A stretch of 64,000 nt of DNA, from the NCBI GenBank assembly GCA_035630545.1, contig DASQKK010000084.1, positions 3,405 to 67,404 of the forward strand. The letters are read 5' to 3'. The notes beneath the pieces are model-generated. The model saw only the letters and a list, made by a program, of their open reading frames with translations. It did no database searches and had not been told where the DNA came from. This DNA comes from Gaiellaceae bacterium. GTDB lineage: Bacteria; Actinomycetota; Thermoleophilia; Gaiellales; Gaiellaceae. A program made the translations under genes and the position numbers. Positions 1-8,916 of this stretch are shown one piece after another (position 1 is the first letter of the stretch; each line of letters begins with the position of its first letter).

Positions 1-369
1 GGTGTACTCGCAGAGGCAGACGTCGGTGACGAGGACGAGCTCAGGATGCTCGGCGCGCAGCGCTCCGAGCGAACGCTGCACGATCCCATCCTCGTCCCAG
101 GCGCCCGAGCCCTCGTCGTCCTTCTCGTCCGGGACGCCGAAGAGCAGCAGCGCCTTGACGCCGAGCCCGGCGAGCTCGCCCGCTTCGGCGACGAGGTCCT
201 CGACCGAGTAGCGGCTCATCCCGGGCAGCTCCTCGTTCCGGACCGTCGAAGGCCCGGCGAAGAGCGGCATCACGAAGTCGTCCAGGTCGAGCCGCGTCTC
301 GCGCACGAGGCCCCGGAGGGCATCGGTTCGGCGCAGCCGCCGCAGGCGTGTCGCAGGGTATGCGCTCAC
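1..369 (-). CDS. hemB: porphobilinogen synthase (delta-aminolevulinate dehydratase), N-terminal part; continues past the window start
   Basis: Reverse-strand translation from GTG at 369 gives MSAYPATRLRRLRRTDALRGLVRETRLDLDDFVMPLFAG...EHPELVLVTDVCLCEYT. DVCLCEYT is the HemB metal-site region. The edge-truncated ORF is absent from the track. Confidence 0.85.
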   Translation of the reverse strand, partial: MSAYPATRLRRLRRTDALRGLVRETRLDLDDFVMPLFAGPSTVRNEELPGMSRYSVEDLVAEAGELAGLGVKALLLFGVPDEKDDEGSGAWDEDGIVQRSLGALRAEHPELVLVTDVCLCEYT

Positions 370-645
370 GCCGACACTGTACGCAGGCAGCCGCGCTGGG
401 GGGTCGCCGCCGCCGTCGGATCGGAGCCGCTAGGCGCCGGTGATCCGCACCTGGAGCGATGCGAACGGGGAGTTCCTGAGCTTCCGCTTGAGCTCTGCCA
501 CAGTCATTCTCGTTCCGCCTTTCCGCCGCAGGGAACCAGTCCGGCGCAGCATCGGCGACCGCCGTCACCCGTCATCACCCCGACGGGGCATTCACGGTGC
601 GTCCGGGCTCCTCCCTAGGGTGGGCGGCGACGGGAGGATGAGTGC

Positions 646-1563
646 GTGACGACGCGAGATTCGAATCGTCCGACGCGGAGAGAGCGTGCCGCACGCAGCG
701 GAGGGAATTGGAAGCCTTCGGCAGGGTCGGCTATGGTGCCGCCCATGGCTTCGGCCCCCACCCGCCATGCGGTGCCGCCGCGCGCTTCCAGGGTGCGAGA
801 CCGCAGGGAGATCGACCGGCTGCGCGCGCGCCGCCGGCGGCCCGAGCGGCACGCCGCGCGCTTCCTGCTTGCCGCTCTTCTTTCGGCAGTCCTGCTCCTG
901 ACCCTGCTTCTGACCGCATTCGGGACGTGGAGCGCAGAGCCGGTCGCGACGAAGCCGCTGGCGACGTCGGCCGTGCTGCCCGGTGGCCAGCCGTTGCGCC
1001 AGATCGTCGCGACTGCTGGCGGCCTCCACCTGCAGCTGCCCGTGTCCCAGAGCGCCGTCACCGCGATCGGCTACCACAACGCCGGCGACGGCTCGCTCAT
1101 GCTCGACCCGATCGGTCGGCAGGGGAACGCAGGTCTCTTCGCGCGGCTCTGGCACAAGCTCGCGGGCACGAGCGAGACGAGCCTCGTCTGGTACCAGCTC
1201 CGCGGCGACCGCGGCCCGGGCACGTCGGTGCTCTCGGTCGGCGCCGCGCCCGGGACCGACGTCTACTCGCCCGTCGACGGCACCGTGGTCGGGATCACCG
1301 ACTACGTGCTCTCGAACCGGACGTACGGCGCCCGGATCGACATCCGGCCGCTCGACGCGCCCTCCGTCGTCGTCTCGATGACGCACCTGCGCGCCGACCC
1401 GGCGTTGACCGTCGGCTCGACCGTCGAGAAGGCCGCGACCAAGGTCGGCATGATCGTCGACCTCACCGCCGTCGAGCGCCAGGCGCTCGCGCGGTACACG
1501 CAGGACGCGGGCAACAACGTCTCGCTGTCGGTGAAGCCGGCCGCGCTGCTGTCGGTTCGCTAG
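646..1563 (+). CDS. membrane-anchored M23/LytM-like peptidase domain protein
   Basis: ORF track 646..1563. GGGAGG sits 8 nt upstream of the GTG start. One TM segment (FLLAALLSAVLLLTLLLTAF). C-terminal VYSPVDGTVVGI resembles an M23 beta-barrel. The catalytic residues were not verified. Confidence 0.65.
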   Translation: MTTRDSNRPTRRERAARSGGNWKPSAGSAMVPPMASAPTRHAVPPRASRVRDRREIDRLRARRRRPERHAARFLLAALLSAVLLLTLLLTAFGTWSAEPVATKPLATSAVLPGGQPLRQIVATAGGLHLQLPVSQSAVTAIGYHNAGDGSLMLDPIGRQGNAGLFARLWHKLAGTSETSLVWYQLRGDRGPGTSVLSVGAAPGTDVYSPVDGTVVGITDYVLSNRTYGARIDIRPLDAPSVVVSMTHLRADPALTVGSTVEKAATKVGMIVDLTAVERQALARYTQDAGNNVSLSVKPAALLSVR

Positions 1564-1583
1564 CCGGCGTTCCCTGGCGCGTG

Positions 1584-2363
1584 ATGAAGGTCCTCTTCGT
1601 CGGAGACGTCGTCGGCGCGCCGGGCAGGCGGGCCGTCGAGGAGCGCCTGCAGCAGCTGAAGGAGGAGGTCGGCGCGTCGTTCTGCATCGTCAACGGCGAG
1701 AACGCGGCCGACGGCGTCGGGATCACGCCCAAGCTCGCGGCGCGGATCCTGGCCGCCGGCGCCGACGTGATCACGCTCGGCAACCACACGTGGCGCCGCT
1801 CCGAGATCGCGCCCTACCTCGGAACCTCGGAGCAGGTGATCCGGCCTGCGAACTTCTCGACCCTCGCGCCGGGGCGCGGGCTCGTCGTCCGGCCGGCGGC
1901 GGACGGGACCCCGGTCGCGGTGATCAACCTGCTCGGCTCGCTCTTCCTCTCGCCCGCGGTCTCGATGTTCGAGCTCGTCGACGACCTTGTCGCCGAGGCG
2001 CGCGAGCAGGCGCAGGTGATCGTGGTCGACGTCCACGCCGAGGCGACGAGCGAGAAGGTCGCGCTCGCGCACTGGCTCGACGGCAAGGTGACGGCCGTCG
2101 TCGGCACGCACACGCACGTCCAGACCTCCGACGCGCGCATTCAACGCGGCGGCACTGCCGCGCTCACCGACGTCGGCATGACCGGCCCGCACGACTCCGT
2201 CATCGGCGTCAAGGCCGACCTGGCGATCCACCGGATGCGCACGGGAATGCCCGTCCGCTTCGAGGTCGCCGAGGGGGGCGTCAGGATCGAGGGCGCGGTG
2301 ATCGACTGCGACGAGTCGGGCCGCGCTACGGCGATCGAGGCGATTCGCCTCTCGTATCCCTGA
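1584..2363 (+). CDS. ymdB: YmdB-family metallophosphoesterase (2',3'-cyclic-nucleotide phosphodiesterase, TIGR00282-like)
   Basis: Internal ATG of ORF 642..2363. MKVLFVGDVVGAPGRRAV..., NGENAADGVGIT and GTHTHVQTSD are typical YmdB motifs. Confidence 0.9.
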   Translation: MKVLFVGDVVGAPGRRAVEERLQQLKEEVGASFCIVNGENAADGVGITPKLAARILAAGADVITLGNHTWRRSEIAPYLGTSEQVIRPANFSTLAPGRGLVVRPAADGTPVAVINLLGSLFLSPAVSMFELVDDLVAEAREQAQVIVVDVHAEATSEKVALAHWLDGKVTAVVGTHTHVQTSDARIQRGGTAALTDVGMTGPHDSVIGVKADLAIHRMRTGMPVRFEVAEGGVRIEGAVIDCDESGRATAIEAIRLSYP

Positions 2364-3531
2364 CCAGCACGACGAGCAACGCGACCAGGACGAGGTCGCG
2401 GAGCAGGACGAGCGTCGAGGGCAGCGGGTCGAGCTCGCGCGCCAGGTCCCAGTAGCGCGAGGGGAACCAGAGCTGCGTCAGCACGAGTGCCGCCGCGAGC
2501 AGCACGGACGCGCGGAGGCCGCGAAGGCCGCCGACCAGCGGCACGACGGGCGCGAGCCAGATCAGAAACTGCGGCGAGAGCACCTTCCCGAGCGCGACGA
2601 AGGCGACGAGGGCGGCAGCGCTCCAGCGGACGAGCTCCTCCGTCTCCGCCGGCCGTCTCAGCCAGATCCAGGCGAGCACCGCGATCTGCACGAGGCTGAG
2701 CACGGCCGCGGTGAAGGCCGTCCCCGACGCGTACAGGTTCTGCGAGCCGTGGCCCGAGCGCATCTCGACGTCGAGCCCGACCAGATGGTGGGCGGCGAGG
2801 TAGAGGGCCGCGCCGAGGCTCTCGATCTGGAGCGGCCGGGACAGTTGCCGCCCCAGGCTGTGGGCGACGCCGTCGGGCGCGACGAGGAGGAACGGCAGGA
2901 ACGCGAGCGCGACGACCCCGGCGCAGAGCGCCAGGCAGACGAGCGCCTCGCGCCGGCCGCGGCGGTTCCAGACGTAGCCGAGCGCGACGGGCACGAGCAC
3001 CGCCGGGTAGAGCTTCACCGCCACCGCCCCCCCGAGCAGCGCGAAGCCGAGCCGGTCGCGCCTGTGCACGAGCGCGGCGAGCGCGGCCGCCACGAACGCG
3101 ACCGGGTAGAGGTCGAACCGCGTCAGCACGACCGAGCCGAGGAGGAGCGGGAACGAGGCGACGAGGGCGAGCGCCCCGACGGTTCGCGCCCGCGAGGCAT
3201 TCAGCCCGCGCAGCGAGACGGCGGTGAGCAGCACGGTGACGACGCCGAGGAGCGCCATCAGCCCCTCGAAGACGTCCCTGAACCCCCGCTCGTCGTCGCT
3301 CAGGAGGGCGGGCACGACGAATGCGGGCAGCGCGCCCGGCGGGTACTCGGGCCGGACGTCGCGATACGGGACGGCACCGTCCTCGATCGCGGTGCCGTAG
3401 GAGGCGTAGACCGGGATGTCGACGATCTCACTTTCGTCGTACCAGGCCGTGTGCAGCGCGAGCCACGACAACAGGAAGAACGCCGCAGCGGCGACCGCCG
3501 CGAGCTCAGTGAACCTGCGCGGTGGGATCAC
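2326..3531 (-). CDS. polytopic membrane glycosyltransferase, GT87/DUF2029-like
   Basis: ORF track, 401 aa with about 10 TM helices. An N-terminal loop carries YPPGALP. The layout is that of a polyprenyl-phosphate-sugar dependent mannosyltransferase. Confidence 0.72.
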   Translation of the reverse strand: MIPPRRFTELAAVAAAAFFLLSWLALHTAWYDESEIVDIPVYASYGTAIEDGAVPYRDVRPEYPPGALPAFVVPALLSDDERGFRDVFEGLMALLGVVTVLLTAVSLRGLNASRARTVGALALVASFPLLLGSVVLTRFDLYPVAFVAAALAALVHRRDRLGFALLGGAVAVKLYPAVLVPVALGYVWNRRGRREALVCLALCAGVVALAFLPFLLVAPDGVAHSLGRQLSRPLQIESLGAALYLAAHHLVGLDVEMRSGHGSQNLYASGTAFTAAVLSLVQIAVLAWIWLRRPAETEELVRWSAAALVAFVALGKVLSPQFLIWLAPVVPLVGGLRGLRASVLLAAALVLTQLWFPSRYWDLARELDPLPSTLVLLRDLVLVALLVVLVRDTRGESPRSP

Positions 3532-5281
3532 GTCGATGGAGCAGTGCGAAGGCGACGAAGGGGAAGAACCAGGGGATGTAGAGGTAGAACCAGTGCGTCA
3601 GGGCGAGCTCGAAGCCGATCAGGACCGCCGCGGTGAGCGCGGCGAGCTGCAGGATCGACTTCTGCCTGGGCACGAAGGCGGTCAGGACCGCCCCGGCGAC
3701 GACGAGCACCTGCACCACCTGCTGCACGACATGCAGGTCGGGCACGCCGGCGGCGTGGTACTGGCCCCAGCCCCAGATCGAGAACGGCGAGTCACGGTCG
3801 AGCTGGAAGCCGAACGTGCGCTCGGCGAAGACGCGCGCCGCATGCAGCGGCTCCGGCTCGAGCAGGAGGACGAGAAACGCCGCGGCGGTCGCGCCCGCGA
3901 AGCCGAGCGCGAAGCGGCGCACCGGTGGGCGCAGGCCGTTCGGATAGGAGAGCCAGAGCGGCGCCAGCAGGAGCGCGGCGAACTTGGTCCAGCCCGCGAG
4001 CGCGACTGCGGCCCCTCGCGCCCAGGCCGAGCTCGCGAGCCAGAACCCCCAGATCAGGAAGGCGGGCATGATCGCGTCGTTCGTGTTCGAGTTCGACGCA
4101 TAGAGCGTGAACGGGTACGCGGCCCAGGCGAACGCGAGCGTCGCCGCCAGACGTGGGCCGCCGTACCGCCTCCCCACGAGCGCCAGCCCGAGGATGCAGA
4201 GCGCGTCGAAGAGAAGCGAGGTCGCGTGCGCCGCCCAGAGCTCGTCCCACTTCCCGGACCAGCCGAAGACCGCATACCCGGGCAGGTAGGCGAGGTAGGA
4301 CACCGGTCCGTATGTGTCGCCGCGCGGATTCGACGCCTCGCAGCGGCCGTTCGTCTGGATCCGCTCGCGGATCTCGCCCTCGGCGTCGGCGGTGCCGCAC
4401 GCCTTCAGACTTCCCTGCTCGGGCATGTGGCCGTACGGCATCTCGCCGTTCGCGATCCGCTGCGCACCGACGACGCCGGCGAAGCCGACGTCGATCACGC
4501 TCCGCTGCGCCTCGACGTTGAGCCCGACGCGGAACCCGACGAGGAAGACGCAGGCGGCCGCGAGCAGCCAGACCGGCCAGACGGGGGCGGAGGCACGCGG
4601 CGGCCGGTCGCGCCTGGCGACCCAGAGGCACCGGCCGAGTAGGTACACGATCGGCGGGTAGGCGAGCGGCGCGCTCCAGAAGATCTCGCCCTCGTTGAAG
4701 AAGCGGAGCGAGATCGAGAACGAGAGCAGCGCCAGGAGGTCGAGGTTGCGGAGCGAGAACGGCCGCCGCAGGTCGGCCAGGCCGACGAGGAAGAGCGCGC
4801 AGAACGCGAGCCAGAGCCAGACGCCGTTGATCGTCTTGCCCCCGAACGCGCCCGCGCCGCCGCGCGCCATCGACCAAGCCACCTGCGGCCCGGTCCAGGC
4901 CTCCGTCACCTCGCCGGTGCTGTCGTCGACCTTGCCGAGCACGATCTGGCCGGCCTTGCCCGACCAGGCCTTCACCACCCATTCGTCGTTCGCCGGCCGG
5001 TACTCGGCGTCCGTCTGCGGCTTCGGCGGGTAGCGGTCGAGCCAGTCGGCGACCTTGCCGTTGCGGAAGAGAATCGCGGTCGCCTGCTCCTCGGTCAGCC
5101 GCGCGGCACCCTCTGCGGGCACGAACGGGGTCTCGACGAGCCTGCCGTCGTCGTCGTAGACGGGCTCGGTCGGCGCCGTCGCCGCTCCCGCCGGAACGGC
5201 GAACGCCAACGCCGCCAGCGCGGCCGCTAGGGCCGGGAGCCGCGCCCGAACGACCAGAGCTTGTTCCCGACGAAGTTCCAC
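3506..5281 (-). CDS. large polytopic membrane protein with an N-terminal extracytoplasmic domain; putative GT-C type glycosyltransferase
   Basis: C-terminal ~590 aa of ORF 3506..5461. The Arg-rich first 60 aa overlap gtrA and look non-coding. The GTG at 5281 precedes the signal/TM segment RARLPALAAALAALAFAVPAGAA. The exact start is uncertain. Confidence 0.68.
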   Translation of the reverse strand: MELRREQALVVRARLPALAAALAALAFAVPAGAATAPTEPVYDDDGRLVETPFVPAEGAARLTEEQATAILFRNGKVADWLDRYPPKPQTDAEYRPANDEWVVKAWSGKAGQIVLGKVDDSTGEVTEAWTGPQVAWSMARGGAGAFGGKTINGVWLWLAFCALFLVGLADLRRPFSLRNLDLLALLSFSISLRFFNEGEIFWSAPLAYPPIVYLLGRCLWVARRDRPPRASAPVWPVWLLAAACVFLVGFRVGLNVEAQRSVIDVGFAGVVGAQRIANGEMPYGHMPEQGSLKACGTADAEGEIRERIQTNGRCEASNPRGDTYGPVSYLAYLPGYAVFGWSGKWDELWAAHATSLLFDALCILGLALVGRRYGGPRLAATLAFAWAAYPFTLYASNSNTNDAIMPAFLIWGFWLASSAWARGAAVALAGWTKFAALLLAPLWLSYPNGLRPPVRRFALGFAGATAAAFLVLLLEPEPLHAARVFAERTFGFQLDRDSPFSIWGWGQYHAAGVPDLHVVQQVVQVLVVAGAVLTAFVPRQKSILQLAALTAAVLIGFELALTHWFYLYIPWFFPFVAFALLHRRDPTAQVH

Positions 5282-5685
5282 GGGGTCACCAGCACGATCG
5301 CGATCGCCTGGGCGAGCACCTTGCCGACGCCGGCGGAGTCGACGAGCAGATGCAGGATGAGCAGGTTGGCGGCGAGCGCGATCGTCGAGACGACGAGGAA
5401 GCGCAGGCCCTGGTAGGCGACATGGCCGCGCTGGCCGCGGAACGTCCAGAGCCGGTTCCACGTGTAGTTGTTCGTCACGGCGACGAGGAACGATGCCGTC
5501 GCGGCGAGCAGGTAGTGGACGTCGCCCACCTTCAACAACAGCGTGTAGACGGCGAGGTTGACGACGTACCCGCTCGCGCCGACGAGGCAGAAGCGGATCA
5601 GCTGCAGCCAGTTCTCACGCCGGCCGAGCGCCCCCCGCGTGCGAGCGAGCGCAGCCGAGGCGCTGGGAGCGGTGGAGCGCTGCAT
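5227..5685 (-). CDS. GtrA family protein (polyprenyl-phosphate-glycose translocation)
   Basis: ORF track, 152 aa with 4 TM helices. Contains LIRFCLVGASGYVVN...NYTWNRLWTF...NFVGNKLWSF. Confidence 0.9.
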   Translation of the reverse strand: MQRSTAPSASAALARTRGALGRRENWLQLIRFCLVGASGYVVNLAVYTLLLKVGDVHYLLAATASFLVAVTNNYTWNRLWTFRGQRGHVAYQGLRFLVVSTIALAANLLILHLLVDSAGVGKVLAQAIAIVLVTPWNFVGNKLWSFGRGSRP

Positions 5686-5701
5686 CGCCGCGCGAGCCTA
5701 G

Positions 5702-6043
5702 CTAACGATGCGCCGAAAGCGGAATCACGAGCGCCCCGTCCGGCTCGATCCGCGCCTCGGCGAGCTCGGGAACGCTCGTGAGCGGGCGGCCGTGGGCGCG
5801 ATAGAACTCGAGCTCGCGCGAGTCGAGCAGGGTGAACGTGCTGTCGATCTCGATTCCGTGTGCGCCGCGGCGAGCCGTCGAGAAGGGGAGGAAGCGGTTG
5901 GCGCCGTCGCCGCAGTGGACCTCGAGCCCGAGGATCCGCGGCTCTTCGGCGTCGAGCAGCACGGTCTCCACTTCGCCGAGGCGAATCCCGCGCGTGAGCA
6001 CGGGCGCACGCAGCAACGTCGATGGCGTCTGCCCTCGCACCAC
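5702..6043 (-). CDS. PRC-barrel domain protein
   Basis: C-terminal 113 aa of ORF 5702..6184, starting at a GTG just downstream of the pcm stop. GIRLGEVETVLLDAEEPRILGLEV...FLPF fits a PRC barrel. Confidence 0.6.
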   Translation of the reverse strand: MVRGQTPSTLLRAPVLTRGIRLGEVETVLLDAEEPRILGLEVHCGDGANRFLPFSTARRGAHGIEIDSTFTLLDSRELEFYRAHGRPLTSVPELAEARIEPDGALVIPLSAHR

Positions 6044-6050
6044 GATCGCT

Positions 6051-6689
6051 CTACCCGCCCCCGGGCTCGTCGAACCCTGCCGAGCCGAGCAGCGGCACGA
6101 ACCGGCACGGCACGGTCCGCGTCCGGACGGGTCCCTGCGGCCCCCGCTCGACGATCTCGAGCCACTGGTCGCGCCGCGACCCAACCGGGACGACGAGACG
6201 TCCGCGTGGCGCGAGCTGCTCGTAGAGCGCGTCCGGGACCGCCGGCGCCGCAGCGGCGACGACGATCCCGTCGAAGGGCGCTCGCCCGGGCACGCCGAGC
6301 GTGCCGTCGCCGACCCGGACCTCGACGCGGTCGTAGCCGGCGCCCACGAGCGTGCGCCGCGCCTCCTCTGCGAGCTCCGGCACGCGCTCGATCGTCACGA
6401 CCTCGTCGGCGAGCTCCGCGAGCAGGGCCGCCTGGTAGCCGGAGCCCGTGCCGACCTCGAGCGCGCGGCCCCCGTCGAGCCTGAGCGCTTCGAGCATCGT
6501 CGCGACCATGTACGGCTGCGAGATCGTCTGCCCGGCACCGATCGGGAGCGCGCGGTCCGCATAGGCGTGCCGGCGGAGGTTCTCGGGCACGAACAGCTCG
6601 CGCGGCACGGCCGCGATCGCCGCCAGCACCCGCTTGTCGCGGATCCCCCGTAGGGCCATGAGCCTCGCGAGCTCGGGCCCGTCGCTCAT
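6051..6689 (-). CDS. pcm: protein-L-isoaspartate O-methyltransferase
   Basis: Last 212 aa of the artefactual 854-aa ORF. MSDGPELARLMALRGIRDKRVLAAIAAVPRELFVP, QTISQPYMVA and EVGTGSGYQAA (SAM motif I). Confidence 0.92.
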   Translation of the reverse strand: MSDGPELARLMALRGIRDKRVLAAIAAVPRELFVPENLRRHAYADRALPIGAGQTISQPYMVATMLEALRLDGGRALEVGTGSGYQAALLAELADEVVTIERVPELAEEARRTLVGAGYDRVEVRVGDGTLGVPGRAPFDGIVVAAAAPAVPDALYEQLAPRGRLVVPVGSRRDQWLEIVERGPQGPVRTRTVPCRFVPLLGSAGFDEPGGG

Positions 6690-7984
6690 GCCTTCGCGGG
6701 CGTTCGCGCGTACGCCGGCGCCGGGACGCCGAAGTGGTCGAGCACGGCGGGCATCACCTCGACGATCGAGGCCGGCAGAGCGTCGAGCCCGACGGTGAGC
6801 ATCGGTACCTCCGAGTCGCCGGTCAGGAGCGAGCCGTGCGAGCCGCCGCCGGAGTGATGGCGTCCGGCGAGGTCCGCGAACTCCCAGCCCGCGGCGGCCG
6901 AGATGATCAGCTCGCCCGCGTTCGGATTGACCAGCGCCGCCGCCGCGCGGGCGGCACCGTCGGGGTGGTCGAGCTGCGAGACGTCTCCGTCGGCTCCGTC
7001 GCGCCGAACGACGAGCCTGTCGCCGTCTCGCCGGAGGACGACGTCGACGGCCGGATTGCCGTCGAGTCGGCGCGCGAGCGGCGCGGGATCGTCGTCGGTG
7101 TAGATCATCCCGGCGCGGTTCGAGGCCGTCACGATCGCGTCCGGGAAGACGTCCTGCAGCCGCGCGACCTCGCTCACGGGCGTCTGGCCATGGTCGGAGC
7201 AGAGGATGACCGCGTACCGCTCGAGGAACTCGTCGGCGCCGCCTGCTGCCTCGATCAGTGCCCCGACGGCGTCGTCGGAGCGGGCGAGCGCAGCGTGCGC
7301 GGCGTCCGGGCCCTGGGCATGGGACGCGTAGTCGTAGTCGGAGAGGTAGAAGACGAGGAAGTCGAAAGCGTCGCGCGTGACCAGCCAGCGGCCGACGGCG
7401 GCCGCATACGCATCGATCGTCCCGCGGGGCCGGTTGCGCACGGACAGCGGCGCTCCGGTCACATCCGACTCGAACAGGTTGTAGAAGAAGAAGCGGCTCG
7501 GGCCGTGCGCGGGACGCGTCAGGAACGGGACGGTCGGCCGGTGCGGGTGCCGCCCGCGGTAGCAGGTGATGTTGATCGCAGCGGCCGTCAGGCCGGCGTC
7601 TTCGAGCGCCTCGTAGACGGTGACCGCGCCGCTGCCGAGATGGCTCGCATTCAGGCCGTAGATCGTGTCGACGAGCGACTGCTTGGCACCGGCCGCGCGT
7701 ACGGCGCCGAACGAGGAGCCGTACTCGACGAGCCGCTGCTCGCCGCGGTGGTACCAGACGAGGTGCGGGATCTCGTGCACGTCGGGGTGGGCGCCGGTGG
7801 CGAGCGCCGAGAGACAGACCGGCGTCAGCGAGGGGAAGGTCGAAAGCGCCCGGCGGTAGCGGCCGTGCTCGGCGAGCAGCCCCAGCGACGGAGCCGCGCC
7901 GCGCTCGAGCGTGTCCTCCAGCATCGACGGCGTCAGGCCGTCGATCACGATCAGGATGAGCTTCTTGGTGGCTCGTCCGGTCAT
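6686..7984 (-). CDS. alkaline phosphatase superfamily protein (nucleotide pyrophosphatase/phosphodiesterase-like)
   Basis: ORF track, 432 aa. LILIVIDGLTPSML, SDHGQ and GSHGS metal-ligand motifs. The stop overlaps the pcm start (ATGA). Confidence 0.85.
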   Translation of the reverse strand: MTGRATKKLILIVIDGLTPSMLEDTLERGAAPSLGLLAEHGRYRRALSTFPSLTPVCLSALATGAHPDVHEIPHLVWYHRGEQRLVEYGSSFGAVRAAGAKQSLVDTIYGLNASHLGSGAVTVYEALEDAGLTAAAINITCYRGRHPHRPTVPFLTRPAHGPSRFFFYNLFESDVTGAPLSVRNRPRGTIDAYAAAVGRWLVTRDAFDFLVFYLSDYDYASHAQGPDAAHAALARSDDAVGALIEAAGGADEFLERYAVILCSDHGQTPVSEVARLQDVFPDAIVTASNRAGMIYTDDDPAPLARRLDGNPAVDVVLRRDGDRLVVRRDGADGDVSQLDHPDGAARAAAALVNPNAGELIISAAAGWEFADLAGRHHSGGGSHGSLLTGDSEVPMLTVGLDALPASIVEVMPAVLDHFGVPAPAYARTPAKA

Positions 7985-8017
7985 GACGGTGCGCCGCCCA
8001 TGGCCGGGCGAGCCACC

Positions 8018-8437
8018 TCAGTCGCGGGCAAGGCTGCGGAGGCCGGCGTAGCGGTCGGCCTGGGTGCGGCGGAGGCGGGCGGCGAGGCCCGGCAGCGCGA
8101 CTGCCTCGAGATAGCCCGCGCCGGGCACGAACGCGAGGCCGGCGAGGCCCGCGGCGACGGCCGCGACGATCAGCGCGAGACCACCGCGCGTTCCGCCGCG
8201 CCGCAGCGCGCCGGCGACGACGATCACCGCTGCGGCACCGCCGACGAAGCCCCCGACCGCTCCGGCGAGGACCTCGGTCCAGTCGTCGATCACGAACCCG
8301 ACGGCTGCGCCTGCGGCGCCGCCGAGCAGGACTGCGGCGATCCGCCCGAGCGGCGTCGACGAGAGCAACCCCGCGAAGAGCACGCCGAGCGAGGTGCCGA
8401 GGCCGAGCGCCAGGCCGATCGTGTACCAGTCCCCCAT
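8018..8437 (-). CDS. Gly/Ala-rich small membrane protein
   Basis: Last 139 aa of ORF 8018..8764, from MGDWYTIGLALGLG. It has 4 predicted TM helices. No family recognised. Confidence 0.6.
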   Translation of the reverse strand: MGDWYTIGLALGLGTSLGVLFAGLLSSTPLGRIAAVLLGGAAGAAVGFVIDDWTEVLAGAVGGFVGGAAAVIVVAGALRRGGTRGGLALIVAAVAAGLAGLAFVPGAGYLEAVALPGLAARLRRTQADRYAGLRSLARD

Positions 8438-8531
8438 TGCGGGGCAGTGTAGAGGCGTCCTGCGTTTCGCCAGGGCGTTTTCTGGAAATACAACGCCCGA
8501 CCCGTACGACCGCTTCGGAGGAGGAGAATCC

Positions 8532-8825
8532 GTGAACGACGACCGGCCGCTGCTCGTGTTCTTCTGGTCCGAGCGCTCGGGCCCCGCCCGACGGATGGAG
8601 AGCCTGCTCGCCCACCTGGAGCGGAAGGAGCGGGACCGCCTCCGCGTCCGCCGCGTCGACGTCGACCAGAGCCCCGAGATCGCCGACCGCTTCCGCGTCA
8701 CGGTCGTCCCGACGCTCGTGCTCGTCAAGGACAAGCGGGTCGTGTCACGGCTCGACGGGCGCACCAGCGCTCCGAAGATCGAGGCGATGCTCGAGCCGCA
8801 CCTGCGCCAGCTAGCCGCGGCCTGA
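8532..8825 (+). CDS. thioredoxin-fold protein lacking the CxxC motif
   Basis: GTG start with GGAGGAGGAG upstream, in frame with ORF 8394..8825. LLVFFWSERSGPARRM aligns with WCGPCK, but both Cys are replaced. VVPTLVLVKDKRVV is a Trx-like cis-Pro region. Confidence 0.7.
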   Translation: MNDDRPLLVFFWSERSGPARRMESLLAHLERKERDRLRVRRVDVDQSPEIADRFRVTVVPTLVLVKDKRVVSRLDGRTSAPKIEAMLEPHLRQLAAA

Positions 8826-8916
8826 TTCGCAATCCATCCGCCGGGTATCCGAGTAGGGACCTGTGGCGGCCCAAATCAGGGCTTGCCCGGCCAACGACCG
8901 AAGGATGGAGGTTGGT

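Noticed and set aside
430-507. 25-codon minus-strand ORF (MTVAELKRKLRNSPFASLQVRITGA) upstream of hemB, with a weak AAGG-type SD
   Set aside because: It is too short, I recognise no family, and the SD is weak. It cannot be distinguished from chance without conservation or Ribo-seq data.
650-680. ATTCGAATC, a T-loop-like sequence suggesting a tRNA
   Set aside because: No acceptor, D or anticodon arms can be drawn around it, and it lies at the 5' end of the M23-like CDS.
6051-8615. 854-aa ORF, and similar very long ORFs at 52533..56162 (1209 aa), 14090..16813 (907 aa), 41731..44289 and 36435..38921
   Set aside because: These are Arg/Pro/Gly/Ala-rich translations with no motifs. They run antisense or out of frame to clearly recognisable genes, which is typical of stop-codon-poor alternative frames in very GC-rich DNA. 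Only their terminal segments (for example pcm, acVLRF1 and the xdh large subunit) are real.
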